Assembly: GCA_951406725.2 (NCBI GenBank)
Contig: OX597831.1
Location: 74,276,001-74,340,000, forward strand
Reading direction: 5' to 3'
DNA length: 64,000 bases
From: Octopus vulgaris
Taxonomy: Eukaryota
Below the pieces are notes generated by a model. The model was not told the DNA's origin. It worked only from the letters and a program-made list of their open reading frames with translations, and did no database searches. Position 1 is the first letter of the stretch. Each line of letters begins with the position of its first letter. This document shows positions 27,382 to 39,391 of this stretch, in pieces. Both the position numbers and the translations under genes were made by a program.

Positions 27382-29163
27382 ATGGTATGTGATTCTGATA
27401 TATCCGAAGACAGCAGCAATGAACTGCTCAGAAACAGAATAAAACATCGGGTGATTAATAGCCATACACTTCCGAAGAAAAAGAAAGATTTTTATGGAGA
27501 TATTTCGAAAATAACCAGTCGTTGTAATAAGGAACTACCAAAGAATGGGAGACAAGATGAAAACATTTCTAGAGAAAATGTAAAGAGGAAAAAATCCTCC
27601 AAATCGAAATACCCTGGAAGGAAATGCAAAAGAAAGAAAGAGACAAGCGATTCAGATAAATTAATGACACAGTCTTGTTGTGTTTATTATCTTCTAGCGA
27701 AGGATACAAGTGAAGGAAGTGTGAATTTAAAGAAGAAAGTGAAGAACGGTCCCCGAAAGAAAGCAACTACAGTGATAGGTGGGAAAAATACGATCAACCG
27801 ACTTTCTCCTCTGAAGAATAAAACAAATCAAGGAGCTATTGTGAAAACTGTAAAATCAATGAAGTTCAGTCAGGTTAAAATTGATGACAAGAAAACTATT
27901 ACAGAAAGTAAAACGAAATCCTCACCACTCGGAAATATTAAAAAACCGATAAAATCAAAAGGAGGTAAAAAGATGTTGAGTAAAAAGAAAAGTATATCTC
28001 CAGAGGAAGTACTTGATGACGATATTTTAAGACTTGGAAAACCAACTGAAAAAGTCAGGAAGAGGTCGAGGCTACGCCGAGTGAAAAAAGAACTTAAGAC
28101 GGCGGAGATAAAAAAAACACCTATCGTGGGCGGTAAGGGCAACGCATTTGGTGCTGCGGCTAAGGATTTACCGCTCCGAAATAAAAAAGATCGGGATATG
28201 ATTAGAAAATTAGAAGCAATGTTAGGCACAAGTATTTTCAATGATCCACCTAAGACCGAGGGAAAAAAAGTGAAAAAGAAAACGATAAAGAAAAGAAGCA
28301 AAAGTAGAAGTACTTCAAAAGGTTTAAGGTCTTCGCCGAGAAAGATGGAAATTAGACATATTACTACTAAGACGATTGAGAAAAGAGGATATTATCGAAA
28401 GAGATGTGTTCTTCGGACTGTAGGGAAAAAACCCAGATATAGGATGAAAGGAGGCGAGAAGAAGGTGCGCCGCAAGAAATGTCGACGACGGAAAATAACT
28501 AAAAAACGAAATTCTGTTCTAGAATCTGAGAAAGAAGAAGAGGTTGAGGATGTGGAGAAGATAAAATCAGATCGGGATGGTTGTCTCTCCTTGGATGCAA
28601 GGGAAACAGGAACAAAGAATGTACAAGAGGAGAAGGAGGAGGAGGAGGAAGGGGAAGAAGAAGAAGATGAAGCAGAAGAAGAGAAATCGGTTGAGGAAGT
28701 GAAGGCGGAGGAGGAAAAGGTAGAGGAAGAAGAGAAGGCGGAGGAGGAAGAGAAGGCAGAGGAGGAAGAGAAGGCAGAGGAGGAAGAGAAGGTGGAGGAG
28801 GAAGAGAAAGTGGAAAAGGAAGAGAAGGCGGAGAAAGAGGGAGAGGAGGAGGAGGAAGCTGAAGAAGAGGAGAAGGAAGAGAAAGAGAAGGCGGAAGAGG
28901 AGGAAGCTATCAAGGGGAAGGAAAATGATGAAGAGAAAGAGGCGGAAGATGAGGCGGAGGAAGAGAACATGAAGCCAGGTGAGAAAGAAGGAAAGGAGAG
29001 GGACGCGGAGACGGAGCGGACTGGGTGGAATCTGGACAAAAAGTACGGATTATTGGGATTATCGAAACAGAGCAAATGGTCTGTGAGGAAATCCAGGCAA
29101 CTTCCAAAGGTGGTGAAGGAAAAAAAGTGTTTGAAGTTGTACTGTATCAATGTAATTATGTGA
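27382..29163 (+). CDS. 593-aa intronless ORF; Lys/Arg-rich N-terminal two thirds, Glu-rich repeat region, short unique C-terminus; function unknown
   Basis: 1782-bp stop-free frame in AT-rich, largely non-repetitive sequence; frame-preserving 18-bp repeats (EEEEKA) around 28700-28830; AATAAA at 29247-29252. Confidence 0.8.
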   Translation: MVCDSDISEDSSNELLRNRIKHRVINSHTLPKKKKDFYGDISKITSRCNKELPKNGRQDENISRENVKRKKSSKSKYPGRKCKRKKETSDSDKLMTQSCCVYYLLAKDTSEGSVNLKKKVKNGPRKKATTVIGGKNTINRLSPLKNKTNQGAIVKTVKSMKFSQVKIDDKKTITESKTKSSPLGNIKKPIKSKGGKKMLSKKKSISPEEVLDDDILRLGKPTEKVRKRSRLRRVKKELKTAEIKKTPIVGGKGNAFGAAAKDLPLRNKKDRDMIRKLEAMLGTSIFNDPPKTEGKKVKKKTIKKRSKSRSTSKGLRSSPRKMEIRHITTKTIEKRGYYRKRCVLRTVGKKPRYRMKGGEKKVRRKKCRRRKITKKRNSVLESEKEEEVEDVEKIKSDRDGCLSLDARETGTKNVQEEKEEEEEGEEEEDEAEEEKSVEEVKAEEEKVEEEEKAEEEEKAEEEEKAEEEEKVEEEEKVEKEEKAEKEGEEEEEAEEEEKEEKEKAEEEEAIKGKENDEEKEAEDEAEEENMKPGEKEGKERDAETERTGWNLDKKYGLLGLSKQSKWSVRKSRQLPKVVKEKKCLKLYCINVIM

Positions 29164-30601
29164 CACGCGTTAATTAGACGTCTGACAACATAATTATGTC
29201 ATACACATTAATTAGACTCACTCAACTCAAGAAAACTGAATAACGAAATAAACTAACATTTGACTTGAAGTTTTGTTCAGATTTGTTTATTGAAAGTTGG
29301 ACGGTGGTCAAGTTTATTTCTCACATCCTTGCAAGATTTCCATTAAGGAGTAGATCCGTTGCGCAATCAGATTACATCATCAAATTGTTAAAGTTTTATT
29401 TCTTCATTGATTTTAGACAAATGACGAAGGTTAGCAAGCATAAGTCCTTACTTACTTATAGAACTGTAAAAGCTCTAAGACTGGCGAGTGAGGGAGGCCT
29501 GGGATGAAAGTATTCTTAGATGGGTTCCTAACCTAAATGTTAAGCTCTGCTAAAGTTACCCAAGGCCCAAGTTGTGATACTAGGAAACCTAATGACGAAC
29601 TGCAATGGCAGCTAAATCCGGCAGAGTACTACACGGTTTCCTACAAGGAGTTTCGATCGATCTATGATTATGGCCAAGTGTCTAATGCACTTGCCCAAAT
29701 GCTACGCAATGGGAATTGAACAAAAAGCTACTCTGGTCACAACCAGAAGCTGTTGTATCAGCTTCTGCATTTGCAGTATAAGGCGGGATATTTTACGTTT
29801 AATGATGAAGCTTCACGTTTCGTTCTGTTTTGCTTTTCATCTTTCAAAGATCGGTGAAATAAAAACTGGGGTCACCATCCGTCTGATGGGTTTTTGAAGA
29901 CTGCACCTAGAAAGTTGACCGCTTCAAGACTCAGAAATTGGGCAACTTTTCCCTTATATAAAGCCAGCAGCGGCCCATACAAGTAAGTGTCCCTTTCTCT
30001 AAATGTTGTCATGTTGCCCTGTATAAAGACAAGAGCTTACATAGCTTGGCAACAGGGTCGTCGCTGGCGAACACAAAGAGCAAGAGCAAATACCGCAAGG
30101 CCCCCTGTCTGACGTTCTATTGATTCTATTCATCCACTGCCCTGGGCTGGTAGTTTATTTAGTAACTCCGAAGAGATAAAAGGCAAAGTTGACCTCAGCC
30201 GGAATGGAACTCTGATCGAAGGGTATCAGAACAAATAGCGCAAACTCGACAATACGACGCTCTAGCGATTCCATCAATTTGCCGTCTTGGAATAGTTATT
30301 TCTAGTATAGGGACAAAGGCAGAAATACTGAGGTGGGGGAGTAGTCGATTTAAATCGACCCCAGTACATGACTGGTATAAACTACAAAGTACCAGTATTT
30401 ATTCCGATTCTCTGTGATCTAAGATCAAATTCTACTAAGGTCAACCTCCTCCTACTCCTTTTTCTTCTTCTTTTTCTCCTCCTCCTCTAGTGTTCGGCTC
30501 ATTCCGTTATTCCTATTCGTAAATATTGAACCGAAGTAAGAAACCTTCCGAAGATGGACATTTGTGCGCGGGTACACGTGTGTGTGTATTTGTGTTTACG
30601 T

Positions 30602-31400
30602 TGTGCCTGACTTAGACTATACTGCTGACCTGGCATTACTAACAGAAAGGACAGATCAAGCACAGGAGGTGCTGAGAAGATTAGAGCAGGAATCGAGGAA
30701 GGCAGGATTGTACTGTAACAAAAAGAAAACAGAGCTGCAAGTATTCAACCACAAAATGCCTGTGTCAGTGAAAGTTAAAGACGGTAGGTCGCTGAAGGTA
30801 GTTGAAAATTTCAAATACCTTGGTGCGTGGACACAAAGTACGGAGAAAGACATCGTAGCAAGGAAAGCTCTTGCCTGAAGCGCATGCCATAAATTGAGAA
30901 AGGTTTGGAGTTCAAAGTTAGCAAGGAAATTGAAAGTAAGGTTGTTTCTGGCAACAGTGGAGTCTGTTCTTCAATACGGGGCTGAAACATGGACGCTCAC
31001 AAAAGCATTGAAGAAGTAGTTGGACGGTTGTTATACGAGGATGTTCAAATGGCACTCAATGTCTCCTGGAAGAGTCATATAACAAACGCCGACCTATACC
31101 AGGGACTACGAAAAGTGACGTTGAAGATACAGCACAGAAGGGTGAGGCTAGATGGACACACCTATAGGTGTGTCTGACTGCATCAGACACACCAATGAAA
31201 TTGCTAACAATCGAGTGCTATGGCAACCAACGGAAGGAAGAACTAAAAGAGGAAGGAGAAAGACGACCGGTATTGGACAACTTGCTGGAGGATACTGGAA
31301 TGGAAGGGGTACAAGAGCTGAGGACCATTATGGGAGATCGAGATGAATGGGGGGAAAACGTGTGGAAACTGTCTTGGGGGCGTCCTGAGGGTCGACATCG
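30602..31400 (+). mobile_element. 5'-truncated RTE-clade LINE (RT C-terminal half), pseudogenised
   Basis: DLDYTADLALL (YADD-like), GLYCNKKKTE, VENFKYLG and VESVLQYGAETWTL; internal stops; runs into a microsatellite tail. Confidence 0.88.
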
Positions 31401-31430
31401 ATAGATAAATAAATGCATACATATGCATGC

Positions 31431-31856
31431 ATGTATGTATGTATGTATGTATGTATGTATGTATGTATGTATGTATGTATGTATGTATGTATGTATGTAG
31501 GTGTGTTTGTATGTAGGTGTGTATGTATATGTGTTTGTATGTAGGTGTGTATGTATGTAGGTGTGTTTGTATGTATGTATGTATGTAGGTGTGTATGTAT
31601 GTAGGTGTGTTTGTATGTAGGTGTGTATGTATGTAGGTGTGTTTGTATGTAGGTGTGTATGTATGTATGTAGGTGTGTATGTATGTAGGTGTGTTTGTAT
31701 GTAGGTGTATGTATGTATGTATGTAGGTGTGTTTGTATGTAGGTGTATGTATGTATGTATGTAGGTTTGTATGTATGTAGGTGTGTTTGTATGTAGGTAT
31801 GTTTGTATGTAGGTGTGTATGTATGTAGGTGTATGTATGTATGTATGTATGTAGGT
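31431..31856. repeat. (ATGT)n grading into a TATGTAGGTGTG(TTTG) compound minisatellite
   Basis: Direct reading of the tandem units. Confidence 0.9.
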
Positions 31857-32122
31857 GTGCGCATGTATGCATGTATGCATGCTTTTAGGTATGTATATAT
31901 ATATATATATCTATGAATGTATCTATGTGTGTTCGTATACACACATAACATACTTATAACATTATATATGCATACCTTCATATATATGTATGCATCTCTG
32001 TGGTGTGTGTGTATGTGTGTTAGCGGATTTTAAGCTGTCTTGCCATGTAAAGAGCTGTAACTAAATACCACAAGGCATCTTTATCCGACGCTCTTATGAC
32101 TCTGCCAGCCATATTTCCTTTA

Positions 32123-32211
32123 TAATAATAATAATGATAATAATAATAATAATAATAATGATGATGATGATAATAATAATAATAATAATAATAATAATCA
32201 TAATAATAATA

Positions 32212-32254
<43 letters not shown>

Positions 32255-32271
32255 TGATGATGATGATGATG

Positions 32272-32317
<46 letters not shown>

Positions 32318-32352
32318 TAATAATAATAATAATAATAATGATGATGATGATG

Positions 32353-32383
<31 letters not shown>

Positions 32384-32409
32384 GAAGAAGAAGAAGAAGA
32401 AGAAGAATG

Positions 32410-32482
<73 letters not shown>

Positions 32483-32493
32483 TGATGATGATG

Positions 32494-32545
<52 letters not shown>

Positions 32546-32577
32546 TAATAATAATAATAATAATGATGATGATGATG

Positions 32578-32639
<62 letters not shown>

Positions 32640-32655
32640 AAGAAGAAGAAGAATG

Positions 32656-32749
<94 letters not shown>

Positions 32750-32763
32750 TGATGATGATGATG

Positions 32764-32800
<37 letters not shown>

Positions 32801-32803
32801 GAA

Positions 32804-32834
<31 letters not shown>

Positions 32835-32850
32835 AAGAAGAAGAAGAATG

Positions 32851-32909
<59 letters not shown>

Positions 32910-32919
32910 GAAGAAGAAG

Positions 32920-32980
<61 letters not shown>

Positions 32981-33060
32981 AAGAAGAAGAAGAAGAAGAA
33001 GAAGAAGAAGAAGAACAACAACAACAACAACAACAACAGCAACAATAACAACAATAACTA
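32123..33060. repeat. Compound (AAT)/(GAT)/(AAG)/(AAC) trinucleotide array with higher-order blocks
   Basis: A block (AAT)n-(GAT)n-(AAT)n-(AAG)n recurs three to four times. Confidence 0.93.
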
Positions 33061-34168
33061 TAATAGTGCAATGAGAAGGGAAAAGATGAACAGCAGCAAC
33101 AAGAAGAACCAGCAGTAAGAATGTTAAGTATCGTTCAACCAATCAAATTGATCAAAGAATCGTCTATAAGCAATCAGGGAGAAGAGAAAGAAAGAGAGAG
33201 AGAGTAAGAGAAAGAGAGGGAAAGAGAGAAAGAGAGAGACTGACAGAGAGTGAAAGAGTAGGAGAAAGAGAGGGAAAGAGAGAAAGAGAGAGAGACAGCG
33301 AGAAAAAAAAAACTAAAGATGATATTGAACGATGAGAAACGTATAATCTTGGTAAATTTCGACCCGTTAGGAATTCTTTCCAAAATAGCAATTAGCCAAT
33401 CAGAGGATTCAAAGAAGAAACAGTTTTGGTAGCTAATCAAAGACGTTAAAGAACGAAAGAGAAAGAATGAAAGAAAGAAAGAAAGACAGAAGGAAAGAAA
33501 GAAAGAAAAAAAGGGAAGAAAGAAAGAGAGAGTGTGCGTGTGTATGAGGGAAATGGAGACAGAGACAGGGGGAGAGAGAGGTGGGAGGAGAGAGAGGTGG
33601 GAGGAGAGGGTCTGTGGGGAAAGGAACCAGACAGATTGAGGAAAAGAAGGCAACAGAGAGAAAGAGAGAAAGGGAGACAGAGATAGGAGAGCAAGAGAGA
33701 GAGAGAGAGACGATGAGAGTGAATGAAAGATAAAGGGAGGGGGAGAAAGAAAGAGAGAGAGATTGAGAGTGAGAGTAGAGACGAAGTAATATGAAAGTGG
33801 TGACGAGTGTTGGTAGAGAGAGAGAGAGAGAGAGAAGTTTCGGATTTAACGAGTCATAAGTGGTGGGTGGTGGGCATCGGAAATGGCTACTAATCAAGGC
33901 TTAACATGTGGAGACAGTGTCGTTCCTAGAAATATTCTTCAGTCTAGAAAATATTGTAATATATTAGAGTTTAGACTAATGTTCCAGTGACTACAAGAAT
34001 TTGCTATAAAAGACTCGAATGCAAGAATTTGGCTGGAATTTTCAACAAATTACTGGAATATAGTTGAGTGTATCAGTTTTGAATTTTAGCGCAAGGGATC
34101 ACGGGAGCAATACTATTCAACTGGTTCTTATTTTATCGATCTCAAAAGGATGAAAGGCAAAGTTAACG

Positions 34169-35710
34169 AGTAGAAGGATGAGTGACCGAAAGGGAGGGGG
34201 GATTGATGCCACGAACGGACCAGATGGGGGACGACATGACGTCACGTCCGGAAGCAACAGGCTGAAGACGCTCTCTTTGTTGAGGGCAAGTCGTGTCCTG
34301 GGAGCGGTCGTAGTGTGATAGTCCTTGTTAGCGAGTTGTTGGATGAGCTTACACATGGTTACAACTGTAAGGTCTGGTTGGTTTTCCCAGGATCCGACGC
34401 TTACAGGCGCAGGAGTGGCTGTGTGGTAAGTAGCTTGCTTACCAACCACATGGTTCCGGGTTCAGTCCCACTGCGTGGCACCTTGGGCAAGTGTCTTCTG
34501 CTATAGCCCCGGGCCGACCAATGCCTTATGAGTGGATTTGGTAGACGGAAACTGAAAGAAGCCTTCGTATATATGTATATATATGTGTGTGTGTATGTTT
34601 GTCCCCCTAGCATTGCTTGACAACCGATGCTGGTGTATTTACGTCCCCGTCACTTAGCGGTTCGGCAAAAGAGACCGATAGAATAAGTACGGGGCTTACA
34701 AAGAATAAGTTATAGGAATTGTCGCCGATTGCAACTTGAGGTAAGAACAACTTCATTTCGTGCCTTCCAACAACGATTTCGGCCACGTGGTCACCAGTTG
34801 TAAAGATATGTCCAAGAGTTAGATATGTGTTTTTGCTTTGTTGCTCTTCAAATTTTTGTTCTCATTTTTGCTCTCCTATCTTTCCGGCCGCCGACGCGCA
34901 ACGGCCACAAAAATCAGAATCAGCAGCGATGTATTGAGACCTTTTAGTGGGGAAAAAGGTGTCGTGGTGTCGTTAAAAAACAAAAGGTGAGACTCGCGAA
35001 GATGCGTGGTATAGAAGATGTGGCTAGCCTTATACCGCTGTACTTAGAAGGCAGTGCGCTGAATTTCCACTTGGAAGGGGACAAAGGAAAAAGTTTTGAA
35101 AATTGAAGAGCGTCTGAAGGACGGGTACACAGAGGATAAGATATGTTTCTTTATTAGCCACACAGGGCTGCACACAGGACAAATTACAAGGTAGAGCTTT
35201 TCTTTTGGGGATAAAAAAGGGGGTTTGGTTTTCGATCAAAAGGGATCGTAAAAGGAAAGAAAGAGGAAAGCAAAAAAAGCGGGGGATGAAAAATAAAAGG
35301 AAAAGGAAAATATCGATCAATAGGGATCGTTATCACAGAAATGTCAATATAAAGTGTAAAGGGGAGGACAGGTGAGGTTTACCCGTGGAGAATAAGATAG
35401 AAGGGCGAACAGATGCCGGATATCGAAACGGTGTCGGTAGGAGAAACGGTAGATAAGTTGCAGGTGTTGGCGCAAAACAACACACGGGATGTAACGGCAA
35501 AAGTGGCGACAGATACGAGCAGAACGGAAAGGCAGGCGGCTGTTAGCGATAACAGGAGAATGGGGAGATGGACGGTTAAGGGACCATGTTTTAGATGTCG
35601 AGGTCAAGGAATGCACGGAACCAAAACCAATGATGGTATGTTACCGATGTTGCCAACCTGGGCACATAGCCAACTATTTGCAAGCAGGGAAACCAGGAGA
35701 GAGGAATTCT
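34169..35710 (+). mobile_element. Degenerate Gypsy-like LTR retrotransposon 5' part (possible LTR 34169-34405; gag relic about 34938-35700)
   Basis: Manual translation RPFSGEKGVV...KMRGIEDVASLIPLYLEGSAL, and knuckle relics CFRC and CYRCCQPGHIANY; interrupted by a SINE. Confidence 0.55.
34406..34710 (+). mobile_element. SINE family 1, copy 3 (3' truncated)
   Basis: Head GGCGCAGGAGTGGCTGTGTGGTAAG; matches the other copies. Confidence 0.88.
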
Positions 35711-35799
35711 GTACCGCTCGTTTCCCCCACGACCAATTGAAGGCGCACCGCCGATCGTTGCCTGTGGAGATTAGCCGAAGATGTGCCGTTCGAGTGCTC

Positions 35800-35848
35800 C
35801 TCACTGAAGATGCCTACAGAATAGACGAAACTAGACGTTTAGTCTGAG
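35800..35848 (+). ncRNA. Type I hammerhead ribozyme motif, canonical core
   Basis: CTCA CTGAAGA t GCCTA cagaa TAGAC GAA ACTAGA cg TTTAGT C^ TGAG: GUC site at 35842-35844, quasi-palindromic stem III, one C-A mismatch in stem II. Confidence 0.75.
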
Positions 35849-35981
35849 AATTTTCGAATCGGTACGGGCGATTATCTCCCGTGTCAGCATGTATGTCTGT
35901 GTTCTTCCTACAATATTATGAGTATTTTAACTCTTATTTCTAGCAATTTAGGTGTGTCGTCAACCTAAGTCACACTAGCGA

Positions 35982-36025
<44 letters not shown>

Positions 36026-36071
36026 TGTGTGTGTATGTGTGTGTGTGTGTTTGTGTGTGTGTTAATGTGTG

Positions 36072-36123
<52 letters not shown>

Positions 36124-36225
36124 GGAGTAAACACATAAATGTGAAACAAGGTGGAAAAAAGAGTACTCAAGTACCAGTGGTAGAGTAATATGCTTTATTT
36201 AAAGCAGCAGAAAATTCAATAAAAC

Positions 36226-36263
36226 CTGTTACTCTGAGTTTCACGTTGCCGTTCGTCGGACAG
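36226..36263 (-). ncRNA. Type I hammerhead motif (CCGACGA core)
   Basis: Exact reverse complement of 36280-36317. Confidence 0.62.
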
Positions 36264-36279
36264 TTTTTGCTAGAAAAAA

Positions 36280-36317
36280 CTGTCCGACGAACGGCAACGT
36301 GAAACTCAGAGTAACAG
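36280..36317 (+). ncRNA. Type I hammerhead motif (CCGACGA core)
   Basis: CTGT CCGACGA ACG gcaa CGT GAA ACT cag AGT A^ ACAG: all three stems pair, GNRA loop on stem II, U4-to-C core variant. Confidence 0.65.
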
Positions 36318-36365
36318 GTTTTGTTGAATTTTCTGGTGCTTTAAATAAAGTATATATATATATAA

Positions 36366-36529
<164 letters not shown>

Positions 36530-37774
36530 CAGAGGGCGTTGGGTAAATTGTCGCCATTTATATATTTAATTTCGTGCATGCGTATTGTTTGTCTTTGATT
36601 TTGTTGGCTATACAGTATAGTAGGGTCAGTTGGGCACCGTCTGTGAGAAAAGAAACAGCACCATGACGCAATTCACTCTACGAGCAATTTGGAATCGACA
36701 TACTGTACTGCTTGGCATTCGTGTTTGGGTGTCAATCTGAGGACAGTGCAGAGGATTCGGAAAGAGTTGGATAAGTCTAATGGTGATTACGAAGCTCGGA
36801 AAACTCACTCTGATCGTTCTGATAAGAAAAGAACTCCTTTGTTGGTGAGATCCAGACCATGATTGACAACGATACCTTCAAGTCAATCAGGTCCATCGCC
36901 AGGGACATGGGAGTGTCTGGGTTTCTTCTCAGGCAGGTAGTGCGTGAAGATATTTGGTATTCTTCATACAAGATGAGAAAGGGCCAATTTTTATCCCAAG
37001 CCATCAACAACAAGAGGAAGGACAACACTACAAAGCTTTAGAACAAAGTCAAGCATCCCTCCAAACGAACATGCTTTCATTTTTCTCAGACGGGAAAAAT
37101 TTTTGCCAGGATCAGATGGTGAACACACAGAACAACCGTTGGCTTGCCACGTCTCCAAAACATGTACAGAAAGTGATAAAAATCAAACATCCAGTCAACG
37201 TCATGGTGTTTGGAGTGGTCACTAGTGACGAAAACGTTATGTCTCCATTCATCTTCCCACACAGCCTCAGACTCAACACGGAGCCCTACATCAAGTGCCT
37301 GGAGGAGGTAGTGCTGACCCAGGGTAAAGAGGATGATTCCTGGAAGACTCTATGTCTGGCAACAGGACTTTGCACCATGCCACACAAACAGGAGAACCCA
37401 GTCATGGCTGTCAGACAATTTTTGCCACCACATCACTCCTAATATCTCACCACCTAACTCCCCAGACTGCAATCCCCTTGATTATTATGTGTAGGGGTGC
37501 AGTTGAGAGGGAGACCAACAAAACTCCTTGTAACACCATAGATGAATTGATAGCAAGGATCATGGCGGAATTCATCAACTTAAACAAGGAGACCGTCCAG
37601 AAGAGTTACAGGAGATTCTGAAGTCGCCTGGAGGCCAATGGCAATTTTATTGAATAAATTTACTCTTTAGTATTTCAAGATATTTTTATGCAATTTTGAT
37701 AAATATATCTATTAAAATGAGATGTCAGTGTTATTTTTACGTAATACAGATGACAATTTATTCACCACACTCTG
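36530..37774 (+). mobile_element. maT-type (DD37D) Tc1/mariner transposon, near full length, defective
   Basis: Imperfect TIRs (CAGAGGGCGTTGGGTAAATTGTCG / GACAATTTATTCACCACACTCTG-TA). Transposase relic FSDGKNF...VMVFGVV...WQQDFAPCHT...PPNSPDCNPLDYY, with 37 residues between the 2nd and 3rd D. Confidence 0.9.
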
Positions 37775-37806
37775 TATATGTACATACATATATACATACA
37801 TACATG

Positions 37807-37854
<48 letters not shown>

Positions 37855-37932
37855 GACAAAGAGAGAGAGAGAGAGAGTAAACCCCCCCCCCCAAAAAAAA
37901 AATATGAGGAACAAACACAATATGTATATATT

Positions 37933-39152
37933 CAAGGGCTGGACAAAATAATGAAAACACCTTAAAATTTCAAACAAATTTATTTTAATATGGAGCAGGA
38001 CCGCCTTTGGCAGTTGTTACAGCTTGAATTCTACGAGGTACAAACGAAGTTTGAATTGTTTCCAAAGGAACTTTTGTCAAGTCTTCAGCTAAAACAGTCA
38101 CCAGTTCTAGTAGCGATGATGGTGGATGTTATTGACTGCTTGTTTTTTCTAAAATGCACCATAAATGTTCAATTATATTGAGATCTGGCGACTGTGGTGG
38201 CCAGATAAGATGTTCAACTTCAGTAGAATGTTCCTCGTTCCATTCAGTAACAACTTTAGCTGTGTGAATTATCATCCTGAAAGATTGTGTTTTCCTCCGG
38301 AAACAGTTCTGCAACCATAGGATGAAACTGTTCAGATAAAATGCTTAAATAGTCTTGACTATTAATTCTGTCATGAAGGGAAACCACTGGGCTAGCAGAT
38401 TTGCAAGATATAGCGCCCCAGCTCATCACAGATCATCCTCCATGTTTAACAGTCTAGATCAAATGCTTCTTTTGGCTGTCTCCACACGTATACTCGGCCG
38501 GTTGACGGAAATAAGATAAAGGATGACTCGTCCGAGAAAATAACATTCTTACACTGCTCTAGGGACCAATTCTGTAGGTTTTTACTCCACTCTAAATGCT
38601 CTGCAACGTTTGTTTTGAAAGTAGTGATTTTCTGATTGCAGCCCTCCCGTGAAATCCGGCTTTGTGCAGCTCCAGGCGAACAGTTTGTGTGGAATCTGGG
38701 TTCTCGAGGTGATCATTAAGCTCTGCAGTAATTTTGGGAGCTGTACTTTTGTGATCCTTTCTAACAATTCGCATAAGAATCCAACGGTCCCTATCTGAAA
38801 GTTTTAGTTTTCTTCTGTAGTTTTGTTTCGACGAGGAGGTTTTTCCCTCTTTCTCAAAGGCTGTCATTACTTTCGAGACAGTACTTCTTGATACACCAAA
38901 CATTTCGGCTGTTTTCGTTACGCTAGCGCCTGCAATTTGACCTCTTTGAAAGTTCGATGGATCTGTTATTTTCATGAATTTTAATTACCTTTTTCTGATG
39001 ATATCTGAAAAGAAACAGCAATTTTAGCAAAACATTAAGTAATTCTACTAAAAAATCAAAAAACATAAAAATAAACAAGCTCTTGACGGTTCTATATTTC
39101 AAAATTATGACGTTATGATGCTAAATGTTTCCATTATTTTGTCCAACCCCTG
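37933..39152 (-). mobile_element. Tc1-like (DD34E) transposon, full length, defective
   Basis: TIRs CAAGGGCTGGACAAAATAATGAAAACA / TGTTTCCATTATTTTGTCCAACCCCTG-TA. Transposase fragments FQRGQI...GVSRSTVSKV, FSDESSF and WPPQSPDLNIIEHLW (about 38975 down to 38000). Confidence 0.93.
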
Positions 39153-39223
<71 letters not shown>

Positions 39224-39283
39224 CCTGTTGGTTACTTTTCCTTGCTGCTACTATCTTACTATATATATAATTTCATAAAATAT

Positions 39284-39318
<35 letters not shown>

Positions 39319-39391
39319 AACCACATATACATATATATTCAACGGATATTTGTATATGTTATTTTTAAACAACGTGTTCATTTAAACTGGT

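Larger units (their letters stand above)
36191..36352. repeat. About 78-bp-arm near-perfect palindrome containing a hammerhead on each strand
   Basis: 36191-36268 is the reverse complement of 36275-36352 with a few mismatches; embedded between (TA)n tracts. Confidence 0.9.

Noticed and set aside
28392-29150. 252-aa Ser/Phe-rich minus-strand ORF
   Set aside because: Antisense shadow of the Glu-rich region of the 593-aa ORF.
30543-30575. CCTT-CCGAAGA-T-GGACA half-hammerhead
   Set aside because: Only the 5' half is visible before the LINE fragment; it cannot be folded.
31495-31850. Regularly spaced repeats suggesting a CRISPR-like array (also 52068-52540)
   Set aside because: Spacers are simple-sequence runs and not unique; eukaryotic context and no cas genes.
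34258-34300. CAGG-CTGAAGA-c-GCTCTC...GAGGGC motif
   Set aside because: The stem II-like hairpin is present but the GAAA box is missing.
34762-34801. Minus-strand CTGGTGA...GGCC-GAAATCG motif
   Set aside because: The core is altered and there is no valid stem III or cleavage triplet.
35413-35847. 144-aa ORF as a host gene
   Set aside because: Part of a frameshifted gag relic running into unrelated sequence.
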